This document shows, in pieces, positions 10,270-20,243 of a stretch of DNA of 64,000 nt. The DNA comes from a virus. Position 1 is the first letter of the stretch, and the number at the start of each line of letters is the position of its first letter. The notes below the pieces were generated by a model, which ran no database searches, was not told where the DNA came from, and was given only the letters and a program-made list of their open reading frames with translations. The position numbers and the translations under genes are program-made. The DNA lies in the IMG/VR virus record IMGVR_UViG_3300032050_000061, positions 24,193 to 88,192 of that record. One strand, written 5' to 3'.

Positions 10270-10976
10270 CTAAAATTGTTTTTGATTTGTTCAGCGATTC
10301 TATCTATTACATCACGCGTAAAATGATGGTATTCATACTCACCAATTTCAAAATAGAATTTACTTGTTTTCAGCGTATCCGATTCATCAAAATTTAAAAT
10401 ATACTTTGATAAATTAGTTTCATTTAATAACGAATGCAAACTTATTGATTCCCCATTATAATCCATATTCAAATTTTCTAATATAACAATTTTAAAATTT
10501 ATTTCATTATTATTTAAAAAATTTACAATATGGTTTAGTTGAGTAAAGAATTTGTAATAAAAATCAAATAAGTTTAATTGTATATTTTCAGCAAATACAT
10601 TGAATGATTGAATTTGCCTTTCGGTTAATTCATTTTGTAATCCATTATGGTAGTATTGTGGATGAAGAAAAAAATTATCTGAAACTGAATATAAACTCAA
10701 TTCATGCAGATTTAATTCTTTGCTTTGCCTAACATCGATATATGAAAATCTATCTAAAAAAGATAATTGAAAAATTATATAATCACCTTTTTTATATTCA
10801 CTCAAAAATCTTAATAGATTTGTAAAAATATCTGGATTACTTAATCCAGAAATAGAATGATTTTTTTGTTCTAATGTTAAGTGATTAGCTACTCTATTAT
10901 AGATAGAGAGAGGAGTTGAACCCCTCTCCCTATTATATGTTGAATATGAATCACCAAATACCCATAAGTTATTCAT
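10266..10976 (-). CDS. SGNH/GDSL-like protein
   Basis: N-terminal VFGDSY, SGLSN block and C-terminal His (YHHF). Confidence 0.55.
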   Translation of the reverse strand: MNNLWVFGDSYSTYNRERGSTPLSIYNRVANHLTLEQKNHSISGLSNPDIFTNLLRFLSEYKKGDYIIFQLSFLDRFSYIDVRQSKELNLHELSLYSVSDNFFLHPQYYHNGLQNELTERQIQSFNVFAENIQLNLFDFYYKFFTQLNHIVNFLNNNEINFKIVILENLNMDYNGESISLHSLLNETNLSKYILNFDESDTLKTSKFYFEIGEYEYHHFTRDVIDRIAEQIKNNFR

Positions 10977-12094
10977 TATTCTACTTCATTCGGCAATGCA
11001 CCATCAACTTCCATATTATCGATATCATAAGTATCTTTCTTATATTGAAGAATTGTTAGTTCGCAAATTTTCTTGTAAATTTGTTCTCTCAATTCAACAT
11101 TATCCATCATCATCTTAATGAAATCTTTTGATTGAAATTTGATTATTTCACCGGTATCGGTATCAGTATATTCATACCAAGCACCACCTTGTTTAACTAA
11201 TTTGTTTTCCTTCATTACTGTCAGCCAACTACCATAGTTATCAATACCTCTATCGAAGAAGATATCGAAATCAGCGGAACGCAATGGTGGCCCTAATCGG
11301 TTTTTAACAACTTGTGCTCTCACCGATATACCTACCACTTTATCATTACCACCAACTTTCATTTTAATCTGACCAACGTTCTTCAATCTTAAACGAACCG
11401 ATGCGTGGAATGCCAAAGCCTTACCACCACTCGTTGTCCAGGGGTCACCGAACATTACTCCTAACTTCTGTCTTAATTGGTTTGTGAAGATGACTGCGAT
11501 TTTCTGTCTACCAATTGTATTAGTAATCTTTCTCATCGCTTTGGAAATGATAATTGCCTTATCAGTTGCGTAACCATCTTTATCATAATCCGATTCCATC
11601 TCTTTTTTAGTTGATGCCGCCGCTACTGAATCCACAACAATTGTAACCAATTTTTGTGCATCTTTTTCTCTAACCTTCTCAATAATAGTTTCAATTGTTT
11701 CAAATATATCTTCAACTGTATCTACTGAAACATATAACAATTTGGATACATCTACTCCGATTGCATCAAAGAATTCTCTACTCACCGCAGTTTCAGTATC
11801 AATCAATACTGCAATACCACCTTGCTTTTGAGTTTCCGCTAAAAGATGGGCAGAGAGTAATGATTTACCACTCTGCTCCAATCCCGTTAGTTCGGTAATT
11901 CTTCCAACTGGAATACCACCATATGGTCGGTTAGAAATAGCAACATCTAACATAGCAGCTCCGGTGGATATCCAACCATTTACATTGGTTGGAGCTCCTT
12001 CGGAATCATCATCTAAGAAAAAGGCGATTTTTTGGTCTTTTTGTTTTTTGTTCAGACTATCAACCAAAATGTCTGCTAAATCTGTTTTTGCCAT
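10976..12094 (-). CDS. recA: RecA/UvsX recombinase
   Basis: GLEQSGKS Walker A, VVDSVAA, FTNQLR and GGKALAFHASVRL. Confidence 0.95.
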   Translation of the reverse strand: MAKTDLADILVDSLNKKQKDQKIAFFLDDDSEGAPTNVNGWISTGAAMLDVAISNRPYGGIPVGRITELTGLEQSGKSLLSAHLLAETQKQGGIAVLIDTETAVSREFFDAIGVDVSKLLYVSVDTVEDIFETIETIIEKVREKDAQKLVTIVVDSVAAASTKKEMESDYDKDGYATDKAIIISKAMRKITNTIGRQKIAVIFTNQLRQKLGVMFGDPWTTSGGKALAFHASVRLRLKNVGQIKMKVGGNDKVVGISVRAQVVKNRLGPPLRSADFDIFFDRGIDNYGSWLTVMKENKLVKQGGAWYEYTDTDTGEIIKFQSKDFIKMMMDNVELREQIYKKICELTILQYKKDTYDIDNMEVDGALPNEVE

Positions 12095-12102
12095 AATCTA
12101 TA

Positions 12103-12984
12103 TTATTTGAATAAATCTTCGAATGCATCTGCTACTTGTTGAGTAGTTTTAGCTACCGCCGGTTTTTCATCATCCCACGGTAATTCAGATGTTTTAGGTT
12201 GTGCCTTTGGTGCTTCTACAACATCATCTAATTGATGAGGTTTAGAATCAAAATCAAACGAATCAGCAACTGATTGTTCAGATTTAGCTACAACCGTTTC
12301 CTGAGTTGCAGATGTTTCAGTATCATCAGTTGTGTTTCCACTTAACCAATTCTCTAAAATTTTCTTTAACTCATCATAAGATAATTCAGAATAAATAGAT
12401 GTTATATCTTTTTGATTTTCCAACAACTCTCTAATTTTAGGATCTTCATCGTGCAATTTAGTAGAGTTAGGTTTTACTCTAATAGTTGTTGTTGGATACG
12501 ATGCCCCACCTTCTGGTGCAGTATAATCTACTACGATATCTCTACCATTTAATGGATGAGATAAATCACCATAATCAGGGTCTGCAAAATAACCTAATAA
12601 TTCTTGATAAACGGTTTTACCGAATCCCCAAAACTTAACTCCTTCATGCTCCAATCCTCTTACGATTACGGGTACAAAAGTTCTCAATTTTGGCTCCATC
12701 TTTTTAGCTTCTCGATAATCTTCTTTACCACCCATCCTTTTAAGTTTGTCTGCAAACTCTACGATTGGGTCAGGTCTTCCGAATGAAGCAGGTGAAAGAT
12801 AGGATTTGTTGTTAATGTTGTAGTGAAAATACAATTCAATAAAAGGAATTTCCTTGTTGAATTTGTAAGGTACTAAACGTAATTGGTGTTTTCCGACTGA
12901 GGGTTTCCATAGACTGTCGGCGGTCTTTTGAGTGCCTTGCAATTTGTTAAGGCGAGCTCTGATTGCATCAATGTTCGTTGACAT
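12103..12984 (-). CDS. gp32-like single-stranded DNA-binding protein
   Basis: LWKP...LRLVP and FWGFGKTVY...GRDI motifs; acidic tail ending AFEDLFK; next to UvsX. Confidence 0.85.
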   Translation of the reverse strand: MSTNIDAIRARLNKLQGTQKTADSLWKPSVGKHQLRLVPYKFNKEIPFIELYFHYNINNKSYLSPASFGRPDPIVEFADKLKRMGGKEDYREAKKMEPKLRTFVPVIVRGLEHEGVKFWGFGKTVYQELLGYFADPDYGDLSHPLNGRDIVVDYTAPEGGASYPTTTIRVKPNSTKLHDEDPKIRELLENQKDITSIYSELSYDELKKILENWLSGNTTDDTETSATQETVVAKSEQSVADSFDFDSKPHQLDDVVEAPKAQPKTSELPWDDEKPAVAKTTQQVADAFEDLFK

Positions 12985-13062
12985 AATTTATAGTTTTTAA
13001 AGTTTAAAATTTAAGTTTATGTGTTTTACGAATATAAATATTCGGAAATCAAAAACTTAGAA

Positions 13063-13093
13063 CAAATATATGAAATATCTTTCTAAGTTCCAA
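13063..13093 (-). promoter_or_regulatory. Bacteroidota-type promoter upstream of SSB
   Basis: TTGG-N19-TATATTTG. Confidence 0.75.
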
Positions 13094-13098
13094 ATGTT

Positions 13099-13380
13099 TT
13101 AGGATTTTTTTACGGAATATTTTTTAGTTTCCTTTCTCCTCACCTTTACCTCTTTATACTTGTCAGCTAATCTCTTTTGTTCGTTGATTTTAGCTAATAC
13201 CCAATAACCATCCATATGATTTTCATAAAGTTCTTCCCAAAGGGTTAGGTTTTCAGAATAGGTATGTGGTTGAGATTGAGCCCACTTTTTAGCGGCATTA
13301 AAACCTTTTGGAGTTGCAGGAAATTCACCTTCTTTAAAAGGGAATAACCAATTGATAATTTGGCGTAACAGGCGTGTCAT
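13099..13380 (-). CDS. Hypothetical protein (start probably MTRLLRQ at 13380 rather than 13419)
   Basis: ORF track; an ATATTTATA motif at 13405-13413 lies inside the longer ORF call. Confidence 0.6.
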   Translation of the reverse strand: MTRLLRQIINWLFPFKEGEFPATPKGFNAAKKWAQSQPHTYSENLTLWEELYENHMDGYWVLAKINEQKRLADKYKEVKVRRKETKKYSVKKS

Positions 13381-13450
13381 AAGATGGAGATAAGGAGATT
13401 CGCATATAAATATATACAAATATATTAAAACGATAATTTATTTTTTAATT

Positions 13451-13906
13451 TTACAAGTCAAAATATTCTACCACTATTCCCGCCTCTTTAAACATCTGCT
13501 CACTTCTTTTTGCGGAATCCTGCCACTTCTCATTTGTAGCTCCTCTACCCCTTCTCAACACTATTTTAGAAACACCACTATTGATAATCGCCCTCGCACA
13601 ATCTGCACAACTAATACCACACGTCATATACATTGTAGTTCCTAAAGTTGATACTCCTATTCGGGCTGCGTTGTAAATTGCATTTCTTTCAGCGTGTTCA
13701 AACCAAAAATACTTTTCAGGTCTTTCCTGTCTTTCTGCAACATTATCATCTATACCTCGTGGAAATGAATTGTAACCGGTTGATACTATTTCATTATTCT
13801 TACCAACAATAACCACACCAATTTGTGTTCGCTGGTCTTTTGATTTGAGCTTTACTTGCTCAGCTATATTAATGAAATACTCATCCCAATTCATTACTTC
13901 GCCCAT
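13451..13906 (-). CDS. dCMP deaminase
   Basis: GYN, HAERNA and SCADC zinc-binding motifs. Confidence 0.92.
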   Translation of the reverse strand: MGEVMNWDEYFINIAEQVKLKSKDQRTQIGVVIVGKNNEIVSTGYNSFPRGIDDNVAERQERPEKYFWFEHAERNAIYNAARIGVSTLGTTMYMTCGISCADCARAIINSGVSKIVLRRGRGATNEKWQDSAKRSEQMFKEAGIVVEYFDL

Positions 13907-14247
13907 TTACCTCTTTGAACTAATTGAGCGATTACACCATATACTGAAAGGTCTTCGTATGTATCTTGTATAGATTCTCCAACCTCATCTGGTTGTCCCA
14001 ATACTACTAATTGTTTTAATCTTTGAACTTTATCGTTGATTCTAAACCAAAGACCTGTAAGTGAAAGTTTTATATCATCTTTTGTTTCCAAAGGTGTTCC
14101 TACCGAAATGTTACCAGGTCCATAGTTTCTTTGCTTCTTACAAAAGGTTTCATACATTTCCGCTTGAATCTTTGCAAACTCTGCCATCGTTTCGGGATAA
14201 ACTCTTTCGCAATACTCTCTTGCGGTTTCTTCGTGGATTTCTGTCAT
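13894..14247 (-). CDS. Nucleotide modification associated domain 1 (Nmad1/DUF1599-like) protein
   Basis: KQRNYG...RINDKVQRL...ESIQDTYEDLSVYG pattern. Start moved to ATG 14247 because the GTG at 14265 overlaps a promoter. Confidence 0.8.
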   Translation of the reverse strand: MTEIHEETAREYCERVYPETMAEFAKIQAEMYETFCKKQRNYGPGNISVGTPLETKDDIKLSLTGLWFRINDKVQRLKQLVVLGQPDEVGESIQDTYEDLSVYGVIAQLVQRGKWAK

Positions 14248-14264
14248 TGTATATATTGTTTTCA

Positions 14265-14295
14265 CAAATATACGAAAAAATACTCAATTATCCAA
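14265..14295 (-). promoter_or_regulatory. Bacteroidota-type promoter for Nmad1-dCMP deaminase
   Basis: TTGG-N19-TATATTTG. Confidence 0.75.
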
Positions 14296-14300
14296 ATTAT

Positions 14301-17300
14301 TTACTTTAATAATAATAAATTCTTTGGAGGCTCAGATTCAATATGAGATGGATTTTGGTTAGTTGGTGCAGCAGTTACACAATCATTTTCATCGGGGTCA
14401 GATGTGTCAAATCCAGGATTATGATGTGGATTCATAAAACAAGGTTTACTAACGCCATCGGCTATATCATCTCTAACTTTAGTAACAACACCTTCCTTAT
14501 TTTGTGATACCTCTTCATTGAAATTACTGAATCGGGTATACAACATATCTCTATTATTAATTACCGCGGTCAAATGTAACATAGTATGATGTAATATAAC
14601 TGCTTGCTCAAATGCTTCTCTATCAGCCCCCTCACACATTGCAACATTTTTCAATGCTCCACTTAAAGTGTTTTTCGCCTGTTTTTGCCCAATTAATCTT
14701 ATCTTATCAGCCTCTTCCTGCGTAATTATGTTATTTTTTATCGCCCAATCAATCGTATCATTAAGACTTTTTTCAGCCGCAGCTATATCTTCTTTTTTAA
14801 TGTTCAATTGCCCCTTTTTATCCTTTGGATACGCTAATGAATATATAGATTGAATACCTAATAATTTTTCTTGTGTTTCAGGATTCTTATAAACTGTCTG
14901 CAAAATTTTTGAATAATTAGCAGAACCACCACCACCTTTATACTTAACACTCAATCCTCCAACGAATGTAACGGTAACGGCATAGAATTGTAAGTTCTCT
15001 GCAATAGCCTCTTCCATAGTTTGCCCATCTTTTGGCTTCACATTAAATTCATCTGGCATTACAATTATATCAGCAGTTTGAAAATTTTCTGATGCAGGGA
15101 AATAAACTTGCTTACCTTCTGATAAGAATTGTAATCCTGCTTTAATTTCCGCAAAATCTGCTACCGCATCTTTGAAATCTCTTGAATTTCCCATATCTAC
15201 TAATAGTTGATTCAATAATTTCTTATACTCCTCTCTCGCGGTTTCATCGTTTTCTAAATCACTATTAGTATTTAATTCTTTTAATTTATTTAGAGTATCA
15301 AATACTTTTTTATTTTCAGGTGTATCTGGAAGATTTTCTTTACCAAACATTTTTCCATACTCTTCCAATTCAGTTGTAAAGCGTTTGATTGCACCATCTA
15401 TTATATTATTGGCGGTTTGTTTACGGCCTTCTGGATTTGTTACATCTCCGAAATTTGCCATAGGTATTTTACCTCCTGACTCTTCACCTATTTTGGCCAA
15501 ATCACCTAATTTCTGATTATAGGCCATTGTTTGTAACGCCAATAAACGGGCCTTTTTAGCAGCTTCCTGTTGAGTGAATCCTTGCTTAACTAATTGTTGT
15601 GTAAGGCTTTCTTCATCAATTTCTTTAAATCTTTTGAATTCCTTTCCACCAATATTGACTCCATTTTTTGTTGTTGAAATTTCAACCATCATTTCCGGCT
15701 CATCAGGATTTACCGAACTCGCCATTTTCTTTGGATTCAATACCTTTTTACCAATAGCTCCTTCGGAAGATCTACCTACATTCAATCCATTTTTTAAAGC
15801 GAATGCCCTAACGGCTTCACCCATAGCTACATTCTTTTTCTTTAATTCAATACTCTTATATCCTTGTTGTGGATGCCTACCAGCTATTTTGTTAGCAACA
15901 TATATTTTAACGTCACCAGATACAGTAGTAACAAATTTAAAGACTTGATTAAATGTTTCTTTTTCACCATCTGATAAATCTTCACCATTAAAAACCTTTT
16001 CTACTAATGACTGTAAGACATCTTCTTCAATTGAAATAGGTTTCCCATCCTCACCAATTAAATTTAATTTACCATCAGTAAGCATTTGTGTAACCAATTT
16101 ACTCAAATCTTTTTTCTTCTTAGCAATAAATTCTTCACCCTTTTTTCCAGCGGTTGAACTTAATGCGGCTTTAAATGATTCGGGAGCTTCTGTTGTCACA
16201 TCTTCCGCATCCGCTTTTTGAGTTGCCTCAGGTTGATCCTCAACATCAATTGGTGTTACTCTAATTTCATCCCCACCAGGTAATTGCTTTGTAACAGTTT
16301 CTTCGAACAATAGACCTATAAACTTTTCGTTTTGGTTTTCAAATACTTCTCTTACTACACTTTCTGATTTAACATATTGTGCAGGCCCATTAGGAGTATC
16401 TGAATAATAGTTCCCCCCAATTGGATAAATTACTCCACCTTCTTTTTTGTTTGGTTCTTTTGGTTTTGGTTGCTCACCATCATTAGCATCTGCTTTCTTT
16501 GCTGCTATACCCTGCTCTTCCGCAAATTGGTTACACATTGGGATGGCATCTTTTATATCCATATCCACTACAATCACCTTCATATTGGCAGGTTTCCCAG
16601 CTTTAATAGCCGCAGATGTAACGGCTGCCCATCTATGGTGTCCATCGATTACGAATCCATCTCTACTTACATAAATTGGTGCAGTAATACCAGGATTTTG
16701 AGGGTCTTCTTCTAACGCCTTCGTCATTCCTGCTACTTTACTACCAACTAATTCACTTTGAGTTGCTTTTAATTTATCGGAAGGTAATTCGGTTTCAACG
16801 GTTTTAATACCCTTCTCCTTTAACATTTTTTTGAAAAGAGGTTCGGTATCTACTTCACCTTTACTATCTTTCGGAAGTTCTTCAGCGGGAGTTCCAGGTA
16901 AGGGTTTGCCTTTGAATTGTGGCATCTCTTCTCTCGGAATTCCTTGATTATCATCACAATATAAGTTTGTACCAGGAACTGTTACCTGGCAAAGGTTAAA
17001 ATCTTCACCCTTATTCGCTTTATCCGCCAACTCATCAATCTTCATAGAAATTTCTTCTCTCTTATCGGCAGGTATTTTATCTAAATCAGATTCTTTACTG
17101 AATACTTCTTTATCAGCATCGGGTAATTCTTTTTGTAAATTTCGTAAGGATTGGGGTTTAAAAGTTTCATCTTTTTTCTTATTTCTTTCTCTCCACATTC
17201 CAACGTGAGAATTACCCATCGTAGCAATTACAGTGTATCCTTTTTCTTCCCCTTCTTTTATTTTTCTATCTAACTCCTTTTGTCTATAATCATTAAATGC

Positions 17301-18524
17301 CTTTTGACCTTTGGATAAATCAGTTTCACCATAGTTCTGATCATCTCTATAATTAAGTTGATATAGGTCTTCTTTTTGTTCTAATGTAAGGTTATTCCAA
17401 TCTACATCACCATCAAACTCTTTACTTCCACCTTTTCTCGCTTCTCCCTTAATCCATTCTTTCGTTTCATCAGTAAGGTAATCATCGGCATCCAAATCAT
17501 CTCCCTGTCCAACCATATTTGTCCAAACCGATGCCATTGCCTTTTCTTTATTACCATCAAATGATTTGGCTATATCATCAAAAATAGGTGAATCGGAATT
17601 CCTTACATCACCATTTTCATCCCAACTCTCTTCTTTGGCATTATCAAAATGTTCTAAACACGCGTCTCTTAATTCAGCCTGCTCTCCAACAAAATCAATT
17701 TTACCATCATCACCTAAACCAACTCCACCTTCACCAACAAACATTACTTTTGCATCTTTTGGTAAGGATTTAATCTTTTCTATTGTATTCTTTGTGCTTT
17801 CATTCCCCTCACCATGCTCAACTCCGATAAGTAGAGAACCGTTTTCAGTTGTTTCAGCATCCAACATATTCCCATCACTATCCTTTTGAGATGTCAATTC
17901 TTTTGCAATCTCCTCATTTTTTTCAGTAACCTTCTTTTTTAATTCGGCTTGAAATTCAGGATCATCCTTTTGCTTTGCTTTTAATATATCCCTTTTTCTC
18001 TTTGATGAACCTGCTCTCGCTCTATCTCTCGCCGATGCATCAGGATTGTTTAAAACCTTTTCGGGTTCACTTTTAATTGCATCTTCTTTTTCTTTTTCTT
18101 CCGGACTTTTTTCTGCAGGTGGTTGTTCGGTTGGTTGTTTAGAATCAGTTGGCTCTTTTTCATCTCCTCCACCTAATTTTTTTTCAAACTCTGCTTTTTC
18201 TTCTGGAGTTACGGGTCTTAAATTACCGTTATCGTTTTTAAATTCTACTTCCCCACCTTCTTTGGATGAATAGTAACCACCCCCTAAATGAAACTTACCA
18301 GGAAAATCTTTTGATTCACCTTCACCATCACTCTGCGGCTTTTTTGGGGGTTCGGCTTCATTAATAAAAATTTCAGATATGATTCCCGCATATCGTCCAT
18401 ATCCTAACTTGTAACAACACTCTATTAGATTCTCAACCTGCACCTTTTCTTTCAACGAAGGTATAGGGTATTTTTGAGAATGCTCTAATAAAATTTCATC
18501 TATTATTTTATTAACATCAATCAT
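14301..18524 (-). CDS. Large multidomain protein with a ParB/Srx-like domain; possible TraB/ChaN-like and PD-(D/E)XK-like domains
   Basis: KATQSEL...IYVSRDGFVIDGHHRWAA (ParB-like); LLIGVEH...FVGEG...MGNSH; ADII...LSVKY; charged low-complexity linkers. Confidence 0.7.
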   Translation of the reverse strand: MIDVNKIIDEILLEHSQKYPIPSLKEKVQVENLIECCYKLGYGRYAGIISEIFINEAEPPKKPQSDGEGESKDFPGKFHLGGGYYSSKEGGEVEFKNDNGNLRPVTPEEKAEFEKKLGGGDEKEPTDSKQPTEQPPAEKSPEEKEKEDAIKSEPEKVLNNPDASARDRARAGSSKRKRDILKAKQKDDPEFQAELKKKVTEKNEEIAKELTSQKDSDGNMLDAETTENGSLLIGVEHGEGNESTKNTIEKIKSLPKDAKVMFVGEGGVGLGDDGKIDFVGEQAELRDACLEHFDNAKEESWDENGDVRNSDSPIFDDIAKSFDGNKEKAMASVWTNMVGQGDDLDADDYLTDETKEWIKGEARKGGSKEFDGDVDWNNLTLEQKEDLYQLNYRDDQNYGETDLSKGQKAFNDYRQKELDRKIKEGEEKGYTVIATMGNSHVGMWRERNKKKDETFKPQSLRNLQKELPDADKEVFSKESDLDKIPADKREEISMKIDELADKANKGEDFNLCQVTVPGTNLYCDDNQGIPREEMPQFKGKPLPGTPAEELPKDSKGEVDTEPLFKKMLKEKGIKTVETELPSDKLKATQSELVGSKVAGMTKALEEDPQNPGITAPIYVSRDGFVIDGHHRWAAVTSAAIKAGKPANMKVIVVDMDIKDAIPMCNQFAEEQGIAAKKADANDGEQPKPKEPNKKEGGVIYPIGGNYYSDTPNGPAQYVKSESVVREVFENQNEKFIGLLFEETVTKQLPGGDEIRVTPIDVEDQPEATQKADAEDVTTEAPESFKAALSSTAGKKGEEFIAKKKKDLSKLVTQMLTDGKLNLIGEDGKPISIEEDVLQSLVEKVFNGEDLSDGEKETFNQVFKFVTTVSGDVKIYVANKIAGRHPQQGYKSIELKKKNVAMGEAVRAFALKNGLNVGRSSEGAIGKKVLNPKKMASSVNPDEPEMMVEISTTKNGVNIGGKEFKRFKEIDEESLTQQLVKQGFTQQEAAKKARLLALQTMAYNQKLGDLAKIGEESGGKIPMANFGDVTNPEGRKQTANNIIDGAIKRFTTELEEYGKMFGKENLPDTPENKKVFDTLNKLKELNTNSDLENDETAREEYKKLLNQLLVDMGNSRDFKDAVADFAEIKAGLQFLSEGKQVYFPASENFQTADIIVMPDEFNVKPKDGQTMEEAIAENLQFYAVTVTFVGGLSVKYKGGGGSANYSKILQTVYKNPETQEKLLGIQSIYSLAYPKDKKGQLNIKKEDIAAAEKSLNDTIDWAIKNNIITQEEADKIRLIGQKQAKNTLSGALKNVAMCEGADREAFEQAVILHHTMLHLTAVINNRDMLYTRFSNFNEEVSQNKEGVVTKVRDDIADGVSKPCFMNPHHNPGFDTSDPDENDCVTAAPTNQNPSHIESEPPKNLLLLK

Positions 18525-18532
18525 TTTTTCTA

Positions 18533-18928
18533 TTAATTGAATTCAATCTTTTGGAATATTCTTGTCGGTATCTTTCTAATACCAGTCGCTCCGGTTAGAA
18601 TGATTGAGTTTTTAAATTTATCCCAATCTAATGAAAAATTTGTATCTAACACTCCACCATTTTCTTCTTTAATAAGTTGGTTTAAAGCGTTAATAGTATA
18701 TAGTGTGTTTGATTGTTTTTTACGATGAACTAAAATCGTATTTTCTAATTGAACCGGCGGCCTAAAATCAACATCTATATTATAAGTTATATATAACTCT
18801 TCTAACGAAGTTTTATTTTGCAGGATGTAGATATAGTTGTAAACAATTTTATAGTTTTCTCTAACTTTTTGAAGTATATCTTGTAAACTATCCGTCTCCG
18901 CAAATGTGCATAGTAACTGTGTTTTCAT
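18533..18928 (-). CDS. Hypothetical phage protein
   Basis: 131-aa ORF (QLLCTF...HRKKQSNTLYTINALN) with an upstream late-type motif variant. Confidence 0.8.
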   Translation of the reverse strand: MKTQLLCTFAETDSLQDILQKVRENYKIVYNYIYILQNKTSLEELYITYNIDVDFRPPVQLENTILVHRKKQSNTLYTINALNQLIKEENGGVLDTNFSLDWDKFKNSIILTGATGIRKIPTRIFQKIEFN

Positions 18929-18964
18929 TTAAAAATAATTAATACTTTTTCTCACATATAAGTA

Positions 18965-20206
18965 TTAAATATTTCCATAAGTCTTACTTTTTAACACTTC
19001 AATCGGAGCAATGGTTTCCAAAATTGCTTTTATTTCATCTAAAATAGCTGTTTCCCCATCATCAACATCGAATAAAAACGAATCATAGGTATATAAAACC
19101 AATTTGGTTTCTTTGTATTTAAGTAATTTATTAATCTTTTTAATTAAAAATGCATTTGTTTCGGTTTCCAGCGATTGCAAATAATAGTTAAATACCTTTT
19201 GCGGATTATGGTTATCAATTCTTTGGAAAGGAATTCTTTTTCCAACCTTTGTTTCCAAATAACCATTAATCAAAAACCTCTTATACATCTCCTTAATGAA
19301 TACATCCGTCTTTTGGAAGAATGGTATTTCTAAATTTTCTACATCTATCCCACCATATAATTGTTGGAAAGTAAGTTTCTTACTATTAAGGTAATCCTCA
19401 TCACTTAATACGGTTTTCCCAAAATATTGTTTGCCCAACCATTCATGTGCGGAATCTTCGGGTATAGATTCTCCTACTAAATTTGCTATCAGACGGACGT
19501 GGTATCCATCGAAATCGTATTGAACTAATTCACCCCTTTTAGAAACGATATAATCTCTACTGCCATCCGATTTATTTAGTGCGGAGTAGTTTACCCCTCC
19601 GAAAGTATTTGAAGGTCGCCCTGTGGTTGTAAAGTTGTTGTAGAGGGAGTATTCATATCCAAATGTAGTTGGTATTCCATTCCCCTCTATCTTTTGGAAT
19701 TCAGGTAGGACTAAATGATTGTAAAACTCATAACCCCCAACCCCCTTTGTATCCGCATACTTAATGTTTTCTTTTACAAAATCAGTTACATATTTAATGA
19801 GTGTGCTGATTGGTATAAAACTTAAATCATCTCTATTCCGATACCCCTTTGTAAAAGAATTATATATCATATCATACTCAAATGTTTTGAATTCTTTAAG
19901 ATGATACAATACATCTACACTATGTGAGTTTGGTAGGTTTAACTGATGTAGAAACCATTTACTATCAAATATAAATTTAGGTGCATCGCCCGAAGTCAAT
20001 GCTCCTAATGGTGCATCTACCACATCATTATGTCCATTCGTTAAAACATAACAATCATCACCGATAAAAACAAAAGCACCCAATAGTTTATTCACTATGG
20101 GGTGCTCTTTTCTATTTTGGAATAAGGGAAATATTACACTTTTTTTAGAAGTGTATTCTTTTAGAAATTCTTTACCGCTTTGTTTGTTCTCTACGAATTT
20201 TACCAT
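18965..20206 (-). CDS. Short, divergent family A DNA polymerase
   Basis: TTTGRPS, motif A YDFDGYHVRL, motif B KKLTFQQLYG and motif C YTYDSFLFD. Start moved to ATG 20206 because the ORF-track start overlaps a promoter. Confidence 0.85.
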   Translation of the reverse strand: MVKFVENKQSGKEFLKEYTSKKSVIFPLFQNRKEHPIVNKLLGAFVFIGDDCYVLTNGHNDVVDAPLGALTSGDAPKFIFDSKWFLHQLNLPNSHSVDVLYHLKEFKTFEYDMIYNSFTKGYRNRDDLSFIPISTLIKYVTDFVKENIKYADTKGVGGYEFYNHLVLPEFQKIEGNGIPTTFGYEYSLYNNFTTTGRPSNTFGGVNYSALNKSDGSRDYIVSKRGELVQYDFDGYHVRLIANLVGESIPEDSAHEWLGKQYFGKTVLSDEDYLNSKKLTFQQLYGGIDVENLEIPFFQKTDVFIKEMYKRFLINGYLETKVGKRIPFQRIDNHNPQKVFNYYLQSLETETNAFLIKKINKLLKYKETKLVLYTYDSFLFDVDDGETAILDEIKAILETIAPIEVLKSKTYGNI

Positions 20207-20212
20207 AGGAAA

Positions 20213-20243
20213 CAAATATACGAATAATTTTTAAGAATTCCAA
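20213..20243 (-). promoter_or_regulatory. Bacteroidota-type promoter for the PolA-like gene
   Basis: TTGG-N19-TATATTTG, 6 nt before ATG. Confidence 0.75.
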
